DNA from: Candidatus Saccharimonadota bacterium
GTDB lineage: Archaea > Micrarchaeota > Micrarchaeia > Micrarchaeales > Micrarchaeaceae
DNA: 32,000 nucleotides
Reading direction: 5' to 3'
NCBI GenBank assembly: GCA_963705375.1
Contig: OY970071.1
Location: 870,001-902,000, forward strand
In this document: one piece after another, positions 1-9,242 of the stretch
How positions within the stretch are numbered: position 1 is the stretch's first letter
Layout of the letters: the number at the start of each line of letters is the position of its first letter
Notes under the pieces: model-generated
Database searches by the model: none
Told to the model about the DNA's origin: nothing
Seen by the model: the letters and a program-made list of their open reading frames with translations, nothing else
Made by a program: the position numbers and the translations under genes

Positions 1-1061
1 TCGAAGTCGAAGCTCCCATTTTAGAAGGATCTGCCGTTGTAGGCATACGTGGAAAGGACAAGGAAAAGCGCCACAAGGACATCCGGTCCAAGATCGTGAT
101 GGATGCGCTTGGGATCGCCACTACTCTAAGGAGGAAGCTGCCCGACAATCCTTATGTTGACCGGGAAGTCGATATAAGCGACATCGAAGCGACAGGCAGG
201 TATATTTATGAGTTCGATCCGGACCATGAGGACCTGAACTACTTCGACCAGAAGAACGCGCTCGTACACCTTAACCAGGTCATCGCTCCCGGCGGCTACG
301 GCTGGGTGTTTCCACAAGGCACGAACAAGATAAACGTAGGAATAGGGGTGCAGAAGCAGAGCCTTGATTCGCGCAACGCAAAGCTAGGCAAGAAGGACAC
401 GCTTCATATGCTTATGGATGCTTATGTGAAGAGCAATCCTGTGATAAAGAACATTCGCCTTGCTAACAAAGACAACAACGGCGTCGGCTACTGGTCCGTT
501 GGAGTGCGTAGACAGATGCCAAGCTTGGTGTTTAATGGATATATGGGTGCCGGCGACAGCATGATGATGCCGAATCCGCTCAGCGCTGGAGGGATAGGTC
601 CTTCGCTTGTTGCGGGAGTGCTTGCTGGCGAAAACGCTGTGCGTGCAATAGGAAACAATGACACAAGTATCTCGGGGCTATGGAAGTACAACGTTGATTT
701 CGTAAATGCGTACGGCAACAAGACTGCGGGCCTTGAAGTGTTCCGAGTGTACTTGCAATCGCTTAACAACGAACAGATCGATTACGGGATGAAAATGTTC
801 CTGACGGCGAACGAAGCCATTGACTTGAGCTACGGTCGTCCAACAAAATTGAGCCTGTCTTCGAAATTCAAACTCATACTGAAAGGGGCATCCAATGTAA
901 AGGCGTTCTCTGACCTGCTTTATGTGGTCGGAAAGATGAAGCTCCTCAACGGCCTCTACCAGAAGTACCCGACATCTCCGGAAGGCTTTGAAAGGTGGCG
1001 CGAGGAGGTCGACAAAGAGGTAGAGGAAGCAAAGGTGCGTTTTAAGCCCAATCCTGTTTAA
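1..1061 (+). CDS. geranylgeranyl reductase family flavoprotein (digeranylgeranylglycerophospholipid reductase-like), 5' end outside window
   Basis: The frame of ORF 96..1061 stays open back to nt 3 (EVEAPILEGSAVVGIRGKDKEKRHKDIRSKIV-MDAL), so the gene is cut by the window edge. It contains GGYGWVFPQG and GAGDSMMMPNPLSAGGIGP blocks typical of archaeal GGR-family enzymes. Confidence 0.8.
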   Translation, partial: EVEAPILEGSAVVGIRGKDKEKRHKDIRSKIVMDALGIATTLRRKLPDNPYVDREVDISDIEATGRYIYEFDPDHEDLNYFDQKNALVHLNQVIAPGGYGWVFPQGTNKINVGIGVQKQSLDSRNAKLGKKDTLHMLMDAYVKSNPVIKNIRLANKDNNGVGYWSVGVRRQMPSLVFNGYMGAGDSMMMPNPLSAGGIGPSLVAGVLAGENAVRAIGNNDTSISGLWKYNVDFVNAYGNKTAGLEVFRVYLQSLNNEQIDYGMKMFLTANEAIDLSYGRPTKLSLSSKFKLILKGASNVKAFSDLLYVVGKMKLLNGLYQKYPTSPEGFERWREEVDKEVEEAKVRFKPNPV

Positions 1062-1070
1062 GTGAGCCAG

Positions 1071-1241
1071 ATGGAAGATTTCACAAAATTCGAGAAAGCT
1101 AGAATCATAGGAGCAAGGGCTCTGCAGATAGCATACGGTGCACCGCCACTTGTAAAAGTTCCGGAGGGCATCGTGAATCCGCTTGACCTTGCAGCTCTCG
1201 AGTTCGACAAGGGCGTAATACCTATAACGATACTCAAATGA
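1071..1241 (+). CDS. rpoK: DNA-directed RNA polymerase subunit K (Rpo6)
   Basis: 56-codon ORF (ATG 1071, TGA 1239..1241) that falls below the 60-aa cut-off of the supplied track. Its translation is MEDFTKFEKARIIGARALQIAYGAPPLVKVPEGIVNPLDLAALEFDKGVIPITILK. The TKFEKARIIGxRAxQIxxGAP core is the conserved Rpo6/Rpb6 signature. It starts 9 nt after the upstream gene. Confidence 0.85.
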   Translation: MEDFTKFEKARIIGARALQIAYGAPPLVKVPEGIVNPLDLAALEFDKGVIPITILK

Positions 1242-1965
1242 CTGCGCCATTCGCCATCGAGCCGTCCAGGGTGTAGAACTGCGCTCTTTTATAGTCGAAG
1301 AGATTGCCCCTGAACAGCGGATTCCTGCTTTGAAACTCAGGGCCAATAGGCCTGCCTGTTATCATATGGTTGAATGCAGGCGCGATGATGAGCTTTAAGC
1401 GCTTATTGAAGCGCGCATAATTCGACTTTGCAACAGCTGCCTTCACACGGGCCATGACCCACACCTTTTCATCATATACTGCCCCTTTTTCGTCGACAAT
1501 CCTTATTGCCGGGTGGCTGTGAGCCGTTATCAGGTAATCGCACATCATCGCCTCTTCACTTGGCTTTTTGTCTCCGTGCAGGAACGCAAACCTTCCGATT
1601 ACGAGCTCCCTGCTTATTTTGTTGCTTATCAGCTCGTTCAGGTGCGCATCGTGGTTGCCCGCTATCACTTCTATGTCCAGGCCGCTGAGCTTATCAAAAA
1701 AAGACCTTATCATGCGCGCCTCTGCTGCATCAGGATAGAGGATGCTCTCCTTTATGTCCCCCAGCATTATGACCTTGTCTGCTGCGAACTCCTTCACAAG
1801 CCGGTGTATCCTTTCGGAAAGCTGCTCCGTCGCATTTATGTGCACTCCGCGCTCGCGCAGCTTCAGCTCCATCCCTATATGCAGGTCCCCTATGACCAGA
1901 TACTTCTTTGGGCCTTGCAGTGCAATCATCGCAGGCTCGTCGTACACAAACCTCAAGTAACGCAT
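1234..1965 (-). CDS. calcineurin-like metallophosphoesterase (archaeal SbcD-related/MJ0037-like family), paralog 1
   Basis: Carries the phosphoesterase motifs GDLHIG, MLGDIKE, AGNHD, LHGDKKP and AHSHPA in canonical order. It is homologous along its length to ORF 14934..15674. Confidence 0.75.
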   Translation of the reverse strand: MRYLRFVYDEPAMIALQGPKKYLVIGDLHIGMELKLRERGVHINATEQLSERIHRLVKEFAADKVIMLGDIKESILYPDAAEARMIRSFFDKLSGLDIEVIAGNHDAHLNELISNKISRELVIGRFAFLHGDKKPSEEAMMCDYLITAHSHPAIRIVDEKGAVYDEKVWVMARVKAAVAKSNYARFNKRLKLIIAPAFNHMITGRPIGPEFQSRNPLFRGNLFDYKRAQFYTLDGSMANGAVI

Positions 1966-2010
1966 ACAGCTACCAGCACATTATTAATGCTTAGACATGA
2001 ATAAAAACCA

Positions 2011-3102
2011 ATGGCAGACTACTCTCCGCGGATAGGGCGGATATTCGGCATAGGTATCGAGCTGCATTGGTCTTTCATACTGCTTCTTATCGCTCTCATG
2101 TTTCTGAGCCTGTATTATTTCATGGTATGGATCTTGCTGTTCGTGTTCGTGCTTCTACATGAGCTTGTGCACTCTGTGACTTCTAGACGGAACGGAGTCA
2201 AGGTCAAGAAAATAGTCCTGTACCCTTTCGGTGGAGGTTCAGTGATAGACTTCGACCACGTCATGCCTGACGTCGAATTCCGCATATCTGTGGTCGGTCC
2301 GCTGTCCAGCCTTCTTATGGCGGCGCTGCTTGGCATAGTGACGATATTCTCCCCTGCAGGGCTTGTCCGGGTCACCATGCAGGAACTGTTTGTGCTGAAC
2401 ATCTTTCTCGCCGTGTTCAACCTTTTGCCTTGGCTGCCCTTGGACGGTGGCCGAGCACTGCGCAGCTACCTTCAGAAGAAGCGCAGCTTCCTAGATGCAA
2501 CCCGGATAGCCGTGAAGGTTGGGAACGCCGTGACATTTGCTTTCATAGCAGGGACTGTCCTGTATGCGGCAACGCTGAACGTGTCCTTCGCATACAAGGA
2601 ATTTGTTGTGCTCTGGGACGTTGTGATAGCGATGTTCATATACGGCGGGGCCCAATCAGAGCTCCAGTCTGCAATAATAAAGACTGAAATTGCCGAACTG
2701 CGGGTAAAGGACGTCGTGAACCACGACTATGTGATGATAACTGGTGCCGTTACGGCAAAGAAGCTCTACGGCGCAGTGATAAAATCCCATCAGCACATCG
2801 TCCTTTTCAAAAGGGGCGGCAAGATACTGGAGCTATCGAGGATACCCGTCGAGCGTTCGGTAGGCAAAGCGGCATCCGAAGTCGCCGGCAACTGGTCAAA
2901 GGAACTGCCGTCTGTCGATTATGACATGCCGCTATACAGTGCGGTTGAGAGGATGCGCTCTGAAGATGTCGGTGTTCTTGCAGTCACAAAGTCTGGGAAG
3001 CTTTTTGGAATAATCACCGCGCCGCACGTGGAATCTGTCATAGCGCTGTACATATCGGCCAAGAGGCACAGTAAGGGAACGGGCACAATCCAAAGCAAAT
3101 AG
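2011..3102 (+). CDS. M50 site-2 protease family intramembrane metalloprotease with C-terminal CBS pair
   Basis: HELVHS (HExxH) lies in a TM helix and is followed by NLLPWLPLDGG (the NxxPxxxLDG motif). There are multiple TM segments. The C-terminal approx. 120 aa show a CBS-pair pattern (VKDVVNHDYVMI..., VGVLAVTKSGKLFGIIT). Confidence 0.8.
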   Translation: MADYSPRIGRIFGIGIELHWSFILLLIALMFLSLYYFMVWILLFVFVLLHELVHSVTSRRNGVKVKKIVLYPFGGGSVIDFDHVMPDVEFRISVVGPLSSLLMAALLGIVTIFSPAGLVRVTMQELFVLNIFLAVFNLLPWLPLDGGRALRSYLQKKRSFLDATRIAVKVGNAVTFAFIAGTVLYAATLNVSFAYKEFVVLWDVVIAMFIYGGAQSELQSAIIKTEIAELRVKDVVNHDYVMITGAVTAKKLYGAVIKSHQHIVLFKRGGKILELSRIPVERSVGKAASEVAGNWSKELPSVDYDMPLYSAVERMRSEDVGVLAVTKSGKLFGIITAPHVESVIALYISAKRHSKGTGTIQSK

Positions 3103-3179
3103 GACTTGCATTTGTCCTGAGTGTTGCACAAACAAATAAAAAGAAATGCGTCGATAGCTATACCGCGACCGGTGTAGCG

Positions 3180-6100
3180 ATGCTCTATCTAGACAGTCTA
3201 GTGCTTCACAACTTCAAATCATTCAGGCATGCGAGCATAAAGTTCAAGCAGAGCTTCAATTGCATAGTGGGGCCCAACGGCTCCGGCAAATCCAACATAT
3301 GCGACTCGCTGCTTTTCGTGCTCGGCGAGAGCTCCCTCAAGCGCCTGCGCGTCACAAGCCTGCAGCAGCTCATAAACAACAAGGCTAAGCCCAAGGATGA
3401 AGACGGCACAAAGCGCGCGTACGTCAAGCTCAACTTCATGGGGGACGAGCAACTGGAAATAGCACGCATCATAAAATCAAACAACAAGGTAGGTTACCGG
3501 CTGAACGGCAAGCACGTGACAAGGCAGGAGATGTTGGAAGTCATGCGCGCACACAAGAGTGAGATCAGCGAGGTGAACACCATAACCCAAGGTGAGATCA
3601 TGACCATGGTCTCGCTGAACCCGAAGGAACGAAGAGAACTGATAGAAGTCGCAGCTGGAATACAGGAGTTCAACGAGAAGAAGCAAGCATCGCTGGCCGA
3701 GCTTGATAAAGTGGAGGCAAAGACGAACGAGGCTAACATTCTTCTGAACGAGCGTCTCGGATTCATCCGCGAGCTGGAAAAGGAGAAAGAGGATGCAGAG
3801 CGCTATATCTCTCTGGCCAACACAATAAAGCGGATAAACTATACGCTTCTGAAGACCAAAGAAGACGTCGCATCAAAGGAGCTGTACAAGTCCATATCTG
3901 TGTTGCGAGAGGTGGAAGGCAAGCAGTCTGCACTATCTGAGCGTATAACTCATGCGAACCTTGAGACAGAAGCGATACTTGCTAAGAAAGCTGAGCTGTC
4001 CAAGAAGCTGAACGAGCGCTCGATGGAAGTGAGTGCGACAAACAGGCAGCTGGAAGAAATAGGAAAGGAGCTCGCGGTCGCAGAGACGCAGCTTTCATCA
4101 TCAAAGGCAAGATCCGATGAGCTTGGCACACAGCTCGCGCAGCTTCAGTCCACAAAGAAGAGAATCACCGAACAAATATCTGGAAACGAATCCACACTTA
4201 AGGCGCTGCAGGAAGAGCTTTCTGCGCTTGCCAAGCAGCTGGAAGGGAAGGATGTGCACATTGTGGAGGACGAGTTCGAACTGATCAACAAGCATACTAG
4301 CAACCAGCACAGCATCGACGCGCTTTTGGAAAAGCAGAATGTGCTGAACAGCCGGCTGGTCCAGAACAAGTTAGGCATAGAATCGATAGACCATGGCACA
4401 AAGCAGGAAAGATCCGCTGTAGAAGAAAAGCGCAAGCGCCTGGAATCGGCAGAAAAGGAGCTCGCTTCAAAAAAGTCTGGTCTGGAAGCGCTTCATGGAA
4501 AGGCCTCTGATGTTAAAGTCAAACTGGGTGCGAAGGTCGCAGAGTGCGACACGATAAAACAGTCTCTAGATGCTCTCTATGTTGAAAGCGTCGAAGTGCG
4601 CGAGCGGCAAGCGGTGCTCGGCGCACGCACAGACAAAAGTGCCGAGGCGTTGAAGAAATCAATAAAAGGCTTTTACGGCCGCGCCTACGAACTCTGCAGC
4701 TATGAAGACAAGTATGCGAATGCGGTCAATGCCGCAGCGGCCGGCAGGTTCGGCTATTTCGTTGTCGATTCTATCGACGTTGCAAAGGAAGCGATCGCAA
4801 TAATCAAGGCAAAAGGGTTGGGCAGGGCGTCATTCATACCATTGAAAGAGATTGTTGCAATACAGCAGCAATCCACACGCGGCCTTGCGCCTGTCATAGG
4901 GCACGTGAGCTTCGACAAGAAGTATGAACGAGCATTCTCGTACATATTCGCAAACACGTATCTTGTCGAGAGCATAGACGAGGCGAAGCGCAAGGGCATA
5001 GGCAGCACCAGATTCGTCACAATAGATGGGGAGATTGTAGAGCCATCCGGCGTGGTGAGCGGCGGCTCTTCCGAGTCTTTGCAGTCGCCAGGAGTGCTGA
5101 TGGCAAGGCTGAAGGGAATAGATGAGAAGAGAAGCGCTCTGAATTCAAAGCTTGAAGAGATTATGGCTTCCGTAGAGCAGATGCGCAAAGCGGCAGCGGG
5201 CCACGAATCAGAGGCGCTGAGCCTTGGCATGGACATAAAGTATGCCGAAGAAGGCCTAGGCAAGCTCCGGAATGAGATACAGGAACTGGGCGATGCCCTG
5301 TCCAGGCAAGAAAAGGAGCGCGAAAGGCTGGACAAAGAAGTAAAGGCTTCAGGCGCAGAATACGATGCGCTTGCGCGCAGCATAGATGCATTGAAGAAAG
5401 AGAACGAGCGCATATACTCATTGGCGAACAGTCAAGACCGGCGCGGAGTCAAGGTAAGCAAGAGCGAGCTATCTGCAATAAAGGCCATGCAAGCCCACTC
5501 CGAAGAGCTTAAGGTGAAGATGGCAACTACTGGCAAAGAGAGCGAACTTCTCAAGAGTAGGATTGATGAGATAGACGTAGAGCTCAAGAAGGGCACGGAT
5601 GAGCGCAAGTCCCTTACCGTCTCACTCTCTTCACTGAGTGTATCCGTCGCTGAAAACAGGAAGAAGCAGGAAGAGCTGCAGCAGAAGATAAAGAGCCACG
5701 ACGCAAAGTCGGCAAGCATCTTCAAAGAGGTCGAGGAGGCCGATTCAGTGATGTCGAAGCTTGCGCAGGAGCGCGGCAGGCTGTCCAGCGATGCCGAGAA
5801 GCTGTCCAGGGAGTCAATCGAGCTTCAATCCAGAGGGTCGCAGCTCCAGACAAGAATAGCTGACATAAAGGCAGAGCTCATGTCCTATCAGGACATAGAC
5901 ATGCTCGATGAGCGCAATTCCGAAAAGCTCGAATCACAGCTCGCAGTGTCGAAGAGCGAGCTGGAGAAGCTTGGCGCAGTCAACCTCAAGGCCACAGAGC
6001 TTTACCTTCAGAAGAGCCGCGATGCTGAAGAGGCAAAGCAGAAGCTCGGCATACTGCAGACAGACAAGAGCTCCATACTGGCCATGATCAACGAGATAGA

Positions 6101-6575
6101 GACCAAGAAGCTGAACATCTTCATGGAGACGTTCAACATTGTCAATGAGAACTTCAAGAAGCTCTACAACTACATATTCGATGACGAGGCGCACCTGTAC
6201 CTGGAGAGTCCTAAAGACCCTTTCAGTACAGGCCTTATGCTACACCTTTCCAACAAGATGAAGGCTAACAACTCCGACTTGATGTCTGGAGGCGAGAAGG
6301 CGCTGCTCATGCTGATGCTGATATTCGCGATACACATGAGGAGCCCGAGGAGCTTCTACATCTTCGACGAGGTCGATACGATGCTTGACAAGGAGAATTC
6401 CAAGAAGCTATCGAAGCTTCTGGGCGAATTAAGCAAGAAGTCGCAGATGGTCGTGGTGAGCCACAATGACTCTTTGATAACAGCGGCGGACACTGCGATC
6501 GGAGTGGTGCGCCGTGATGGCGAATCGCAGGTTGTCGGTCTCCAGCTTACGGAAGCCTACAAGAGGGGCAGCTAG
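3180..6575 (+). CDS. smc: chromosome segregation protein SMC
   Basis: 1131 aa. Contains Walker A (GPNGSGKSN), long heptad-rich coiled coils, a hinge (GRFGYFVVDSIDVAKEAIAIIKAKGLGRASFIPL), the signature motif (LMSGGEKAL) and Walker B (FYIFDEVDTMLD). Confidence 0.95.
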   Translation: MLYLDSLVLHNFKSFRHASIKFKQSFNCIVGPNGSGKSNICDSLLFVLGESSLKRLRVTSLQQLINNKAKPKDEDGTKRAYVKLNFMGDEQLEIARIIKSNNKVGYRLNGKHVTRQEMLEVMRAHKSEISEVNTITQGEIMTMVSLNPKERRELIEVAAGIQEFNEKKQASLAELDKVEAKTNEANILLNERLGFIRELEKEKEDAERYISLANTIKRINYTLLKTKEDVASKELYKSISVLREVEGKQSALSERITHANLETEAILAKKAELSKKLNERSMEVSATNRQLEEIGKELAVAETQLSSSKARSDELGTQLAQLQSTKKRITEQISGNESTLKALQEELSALAKQLEGKDVHIVEDEFELINKHTSNQHSIDALLEKQNVLNSRLVQNKLGIESIDHGTKQERSAVEEKRKRLESAEKELASKKSGLEALHGKASDVKVKLGAKVAECDTIKQSLDALYVESVEVRERQAVLGARTDKSAEALKKSIKGFYGRAYELCSYEDKYANAVNAAAAGRFGYFVVDSIDVAKEAIAIIKAKGLGRASFIPLKEIVAIQQQSTRGLAPVIGHVSFDKKYERAFSYIFANTYLVESIDEAKRKGIGSTRFVTIDGEIVEPSGVVSGGSSESLQSPGVLMARLKGIDEKRSALNSKLEEIMASVEQMRKAAAGHESEALSLGMDIKYAEEGLGKLRNEIQELGDALSRQEKERERLDKEVKASGAEYDALARSIDALKKENERIYSLANSQDRRGVKVSKSELSAIKAMQAHSEELKVKMATTGKESELLKSRIDEIDVELKKGTDERKSLTVSLSSLSVSVAENRKKQEELQQKIKSHDAKSASIFKEVEEADSVMSKLAQERGRLSSDAEKLSRESIELQSRGSQLQTRIADIKAELMSYQDIDMLDERNSEKLESQLAVSKSELEKLGAVNLKATELYLQKSRDAEEAKQKLGILQTDKSSILAMINEIETKKLNIFMETFNIVNENFKKLYNYIFDDEAHLYLESPKDPFSTGLMLHLSNKMKANNSDLMSGGEKALLMLMLIFAIHMRSPRSFYIFDEVDTMLDKENSKKLSKLLGELSKKSQMVVVSHNDSLITAADTAIGVVRRDGESQVVGLQLTEAYKRGS

Positions 6576-6590
6576 CGCTAGTTGACGTTT

Positions 6591-7589
6591 ATGTCTAAGG
6601 ATAGCAGGCATGTGGCAAACAAGAAGGGCAAGCAGATCTCAACACTCCCTCTGTATGCGCTTCTGGTGGTGTTGTTCATACTCTACATGTTCTTCCAGGC
6701 TGTTGCGCTTCTCGCCATTATTCTCGGTCTGATGCTGCTCATCGTCTTCGTGCTGCTTGTCATATTTGAACTTGTGGGCAGCATAGCCGACGAGGGATTT
6801 GCCAGAAGTGTGATGGAACTGGTGATCGCGATAGCCGCTGTGTTTGTGCTGTGGTATGCCGCAAGAATCTTCCTGCACACTGCGTATCCACTTGATGTTG
6901 TTCCCAGCTGCAGCATGCAGCCGAACCTTAACAGAGGTGATGTGATACTCCTACAAGGCGTGACGAACATAACCGATCTGCACGCGCCGGTGATAAGCGT
7001 CAGCAAGGCTTCGTATGCCCAGATGAATTCCAGCATAGACGAAGAGTTCCTTGCGTGCGTGGCGTACAACATCAGCGATGGCAGGGTGCTGACATCGCAG
7101 GTGATGAAACCGGGCTATTCGCTAGGTCTTTACAATGAGCTCACAGGCAAGATCGCGCAGCAGGGCGCGCAGGGCGGAAACCTCGTGCAGTACACGTGCG
7201 GCGAAAGCGAGGTGAGGTTCAGCAACGGAACCTCTGCCACAGAGGCTTACACATCCGCGATAACCATCGCAGGTTCGACAATAATAGGAGACAGGAACAA
7301 CTCGGTGGTGGTGTATCAAACCACTCCATCGGATCTGTTCTACAAGTTTGGCGACAGCTACATCGTGCACAGGCTTTATGCAATAATGAATGTAAGCGGC
7401 AGTTATTACTTGCTAACAAAAGGCGACAACAATCCTGGCCTTGACATGGAGTTCGGCAACTATCCTGCGGGCCTAGACCAGTTGCAAGGAAAGGCGATAG
7501 CCTCTGTGCCGTACCTTGGCTATGTGAAGCTTATCTTCACTCAAAGCTACACCGAACCCGCAGGCTGCAACACAACAATGTCTGACTAG
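6591..7589 (+). CDS. archaeal-type signal peptidase I (Sec11/S26B-like) with extra N-terminal TM helices and a large insertion
   Basis: The PSCSMQPNLNRGDVILL box (catalytic Ser), IVHRL (His) and LLTKGDNNPGLD are the conserved archaeal/eukaryal SPase I boxes. ATG 6591 is preferred over the TTG 6582 used by the track. Confidence 0.7.
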   Translation: MSKDSRHVANKKGKQISTLPLYALLVVLFILYMFFQAVALLAIILGLMLLIVFVLLVIFELVGSIADEGFARSVMELVIAIAAVFVLWYAARIFLHTAYPLDVVPSCSMQPNLNRGDVILLQGVTNITDLHAPVISVSKASYAQMNSSIDEEFLACVAYNISDGRVLTSQVMKPGYSLGLYNELTGKIAQQGAQGGNLVQYTCGESEVRFSNGTSATEAYTSAITIAGSTIIGDRNNSVVVYQTTPSDLFYKFGDSYIVHRLYAIMNVSGSYYLLTKGDNNPGLDMEFGNYPAGLDQLQGKAIASVPYLGYVKLIFTQSYTEPAGCNTTMSD

Positions 7590-8710
7590 CATCGTGACTC
7601 CAAACATCGACTTAATGAAGAAGAAAAGAAATTCGGAAAAAGAAAGAACCGCTGGCCTATTTTTAGCCACTTGCCCATGCCTTGCTGTCTCTGTGCATCT
7701 TGTCTCTCTCCCAATCTGTCTGCAAACTTGTCTATGCGCTCGTGTGAGAAGCCGTGCTCTTCACACATGAACTCGACGAGCTCCGACCTGCTGCCTTTCT
7801 TATCCAAAAGTTTTTCTACATCGTCTTTCTCGAACTCCTTTACTTCTGGATTTGTGAACATCGCCTCTACTTCTTTTATGTCCAGCTCAAATTCCGCCTT
7901 GAACTTTTCCTTTATCTGTGCCTTTATATCGTCCATACTGGCCGCGGCCTTTGCCATCTTGAGCGCAGTCTTTGGCCCGACCCCCCTTATTCCGTCGTTG
8001 TAGTCTGTGCCTAGAAGTATCCCGAGCCAGATGAGCTGCTTGTGGCTTATGCCAAGATTCTGTAGCGTTTCGTCGAAGTCCATCATCTCAGGCTCAACGT
8101 TTATGTAGACATTCTTCTTCGGGAGCTTCCTCCTGCCAGAGAATGTAAGGTTCCTTACCACGCGCGGAGCGCCAAAGAGCATCGTATCATAGTCCTGGCT
8201 TGCGGCTGCGTACACAAGCTCTTGCCTGCACATGATGCTTGCCTGCGCTTCGCCTTCGCTAGGAGCATTTATGTATGCGACGCCCATCCTATCGAGAAGC
8301 GCTTTGGAGCTCTCTACAATCCATTTGTCAACACGGGTGCTTGCCTGCGCATGCGTCCTTGCCGCTTGGATGTCTCCTTTGCGCACAGCTTCCTGCCATG
8401 CCTCGTAAGCTGCATTGCGCCTCTGCATGCGCGCCTCGATCGTCTTCTGTTTCAGCATTGACGGCAGCCCGTCAAAAACATAGATCGGTTTTATGCCGTA
8501 CCCTATCAGCTCTATGGTCCTGTAGAATATGCCAGAGAGGTGGCTGGTCACGTTGCCTTTGGAATCGGTCAACGGTGTGCCGTCCGGCTGCCTTATTATG
8601 GAAAGGAATTGGTAGAGCACGTTGTACGCGTCTATCGCTACGACTCTGTTGTTGAGTTCATCGAACGCGATTTTGCGCTTTGAAACCAGAGAGCCGAGAT
8701 CAACAGCCAT
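7586..8710 (-). CDS. fen: flap endonuclease 1
   Basis: The XPG-N region (VVAIDAYNVLYQFLS...IKPIYVFDG), XPG-I, the H3TH motif (LGTDYNDGIRGVGPKTALK) and a PIP-like QQGMGKWL motif are all present. An atypical 25-aa Phe/Ser-rich tail follows the PIP-like motif. Confidence 0.9.
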   Translation of the reverse strand: MAVDLGSLVSKRKIAFDELNNRVVAIDAYNVLYQFLSIIRQPDGTPLTDSKGNVTSHLSGIFYRTIELIGYGIKPIYVFDGLPSMLKQKTIEARMQRRNAAYEAWQEAVRKGDIQAARTHAQASTRVDKWIVESSKALLDRMGVAYINAPSEGEAQASIMCRQELVYAAASQDYDTMLFGAPRVVRNLTFSGRRKLPKKNVYINVEPEMMDFDETLQNLGISHKQLIWLGILLGTDYNDGIRGVGPKTALKMAKAAASMDDIKAQIKEKFKAEFELDIKEVEAMFTNPEVKEFEKDDVEKLLDKKGSRSELVEFMCEEHGFSHERIDKFADRLGERQDAQRQQGMGKWLKIGQRFFLFPNFFSSSLSRCLESRC

Positions 8711-8714
8711 CTAA

Positions 8715-9158
8715 CTATCTCTCTACGAACTCCCCGAGTGTTGCCTCTTCTGTCCTGCCTTTCCTGTGCAGTGTCAGGTCTGTCAGATCCTGCCCTTCAT
8801 AGAGCTTCACGTTTAACGCCTTCTCAAGCTTCTTCGCAAGCTTCGTGTCCGGCCTCATCTTTTGCTGCTCTACCCGCAGAACGAATGTCTCTTTCTCGTT
8901 GATCATCTCCGCGAGCACCTTTATCGGAAGCTTCATGCTCTCTCTTGCCTCCCTTATTATCGTTCCATAGTTCTCCTTGAGAGGAATTTCCTCTTTCATC
9001 GTGCTGCGCCGCACAGGCGTTGTCCTCGCCGCGATTCCGCTGCTTCCTATCACCGTCTTGCCCTTTGCGCATTTCGCGCACACACGGAGCACGGTACCAT
9101 CAAGGTTTATGGTGTACGTCTCGTTGATTTTGTTTCCGCATAGTTCGCACTCTTCCAC
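8715..9158 (-). CDS. mbf1: archaeal multiprotein bridging factor 1 (Zn-ribbon + HTH)
   Basis: Has an N-terminal CELCG...CAKC zinc ribbon, a central Cro/C1-type HTH (LKENYGTIIREARESMKLPIKVLAEMINEKETFVLRVE) and a C-terminal TLGEFV motif. It ends 4 nt upstream of fen on the same strand. Confidence 0.8.
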   Translation of the reverse strand: MEECELCGNKINETYTINLDGTVLRVCAKCAKGKTVIGSSGIAARTTPVRRSTMKEEIPLKENYGTIIREARESMKLPIKVLAEMINEKETFVLRVEQQKMRPDTKLAKKLEKALNVKLYEGQDLTDLTLHRKGRTEEATLGEFVER

Positions 9159-9242
9159 GCACTCACCCGTTTGCCGCTCATGCCACGCATAGATATTTCA
9201 TATAACAATATAAAGCAGTACACCCAAACTGTCAGGAATCAG

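Noticed and set aside
678-1346. Long antisense or shadow ORFs in the supplied track. Examples are 678..1346(-), 1513..2004(+), 4754..5413(-), 9509..10066(+), 11341..11778(-), 11726..12163(-), 21647..22315(+), 22684..23064(+), 23144..23734(+), 23971..24756(+) and 25025..25363(+).
   Set aside because: Each lies opposite or out of frame to a gene with strong family motifs. Their translations are low-complexity (Ser/Leu/Cys/Arg-rich) with no recognisable motifs, as expected for shadow ORFs in about 50% GC coding DNA.
9171-9242. Track start codons that extend genes upstream via TTG/GTG or early ATG: 6582, 9171, 12646, 19752, 23054, 25790 and 29764.
   Set aside because: In each case a downstream ATG is preceded by a Shine-Dalgarno-like GGAGG/GAGGT or by a TATA-like element at leaderless spacing. 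The extensions encode non-conserved sequence or overlap promoter motifs or neighbouring stops.
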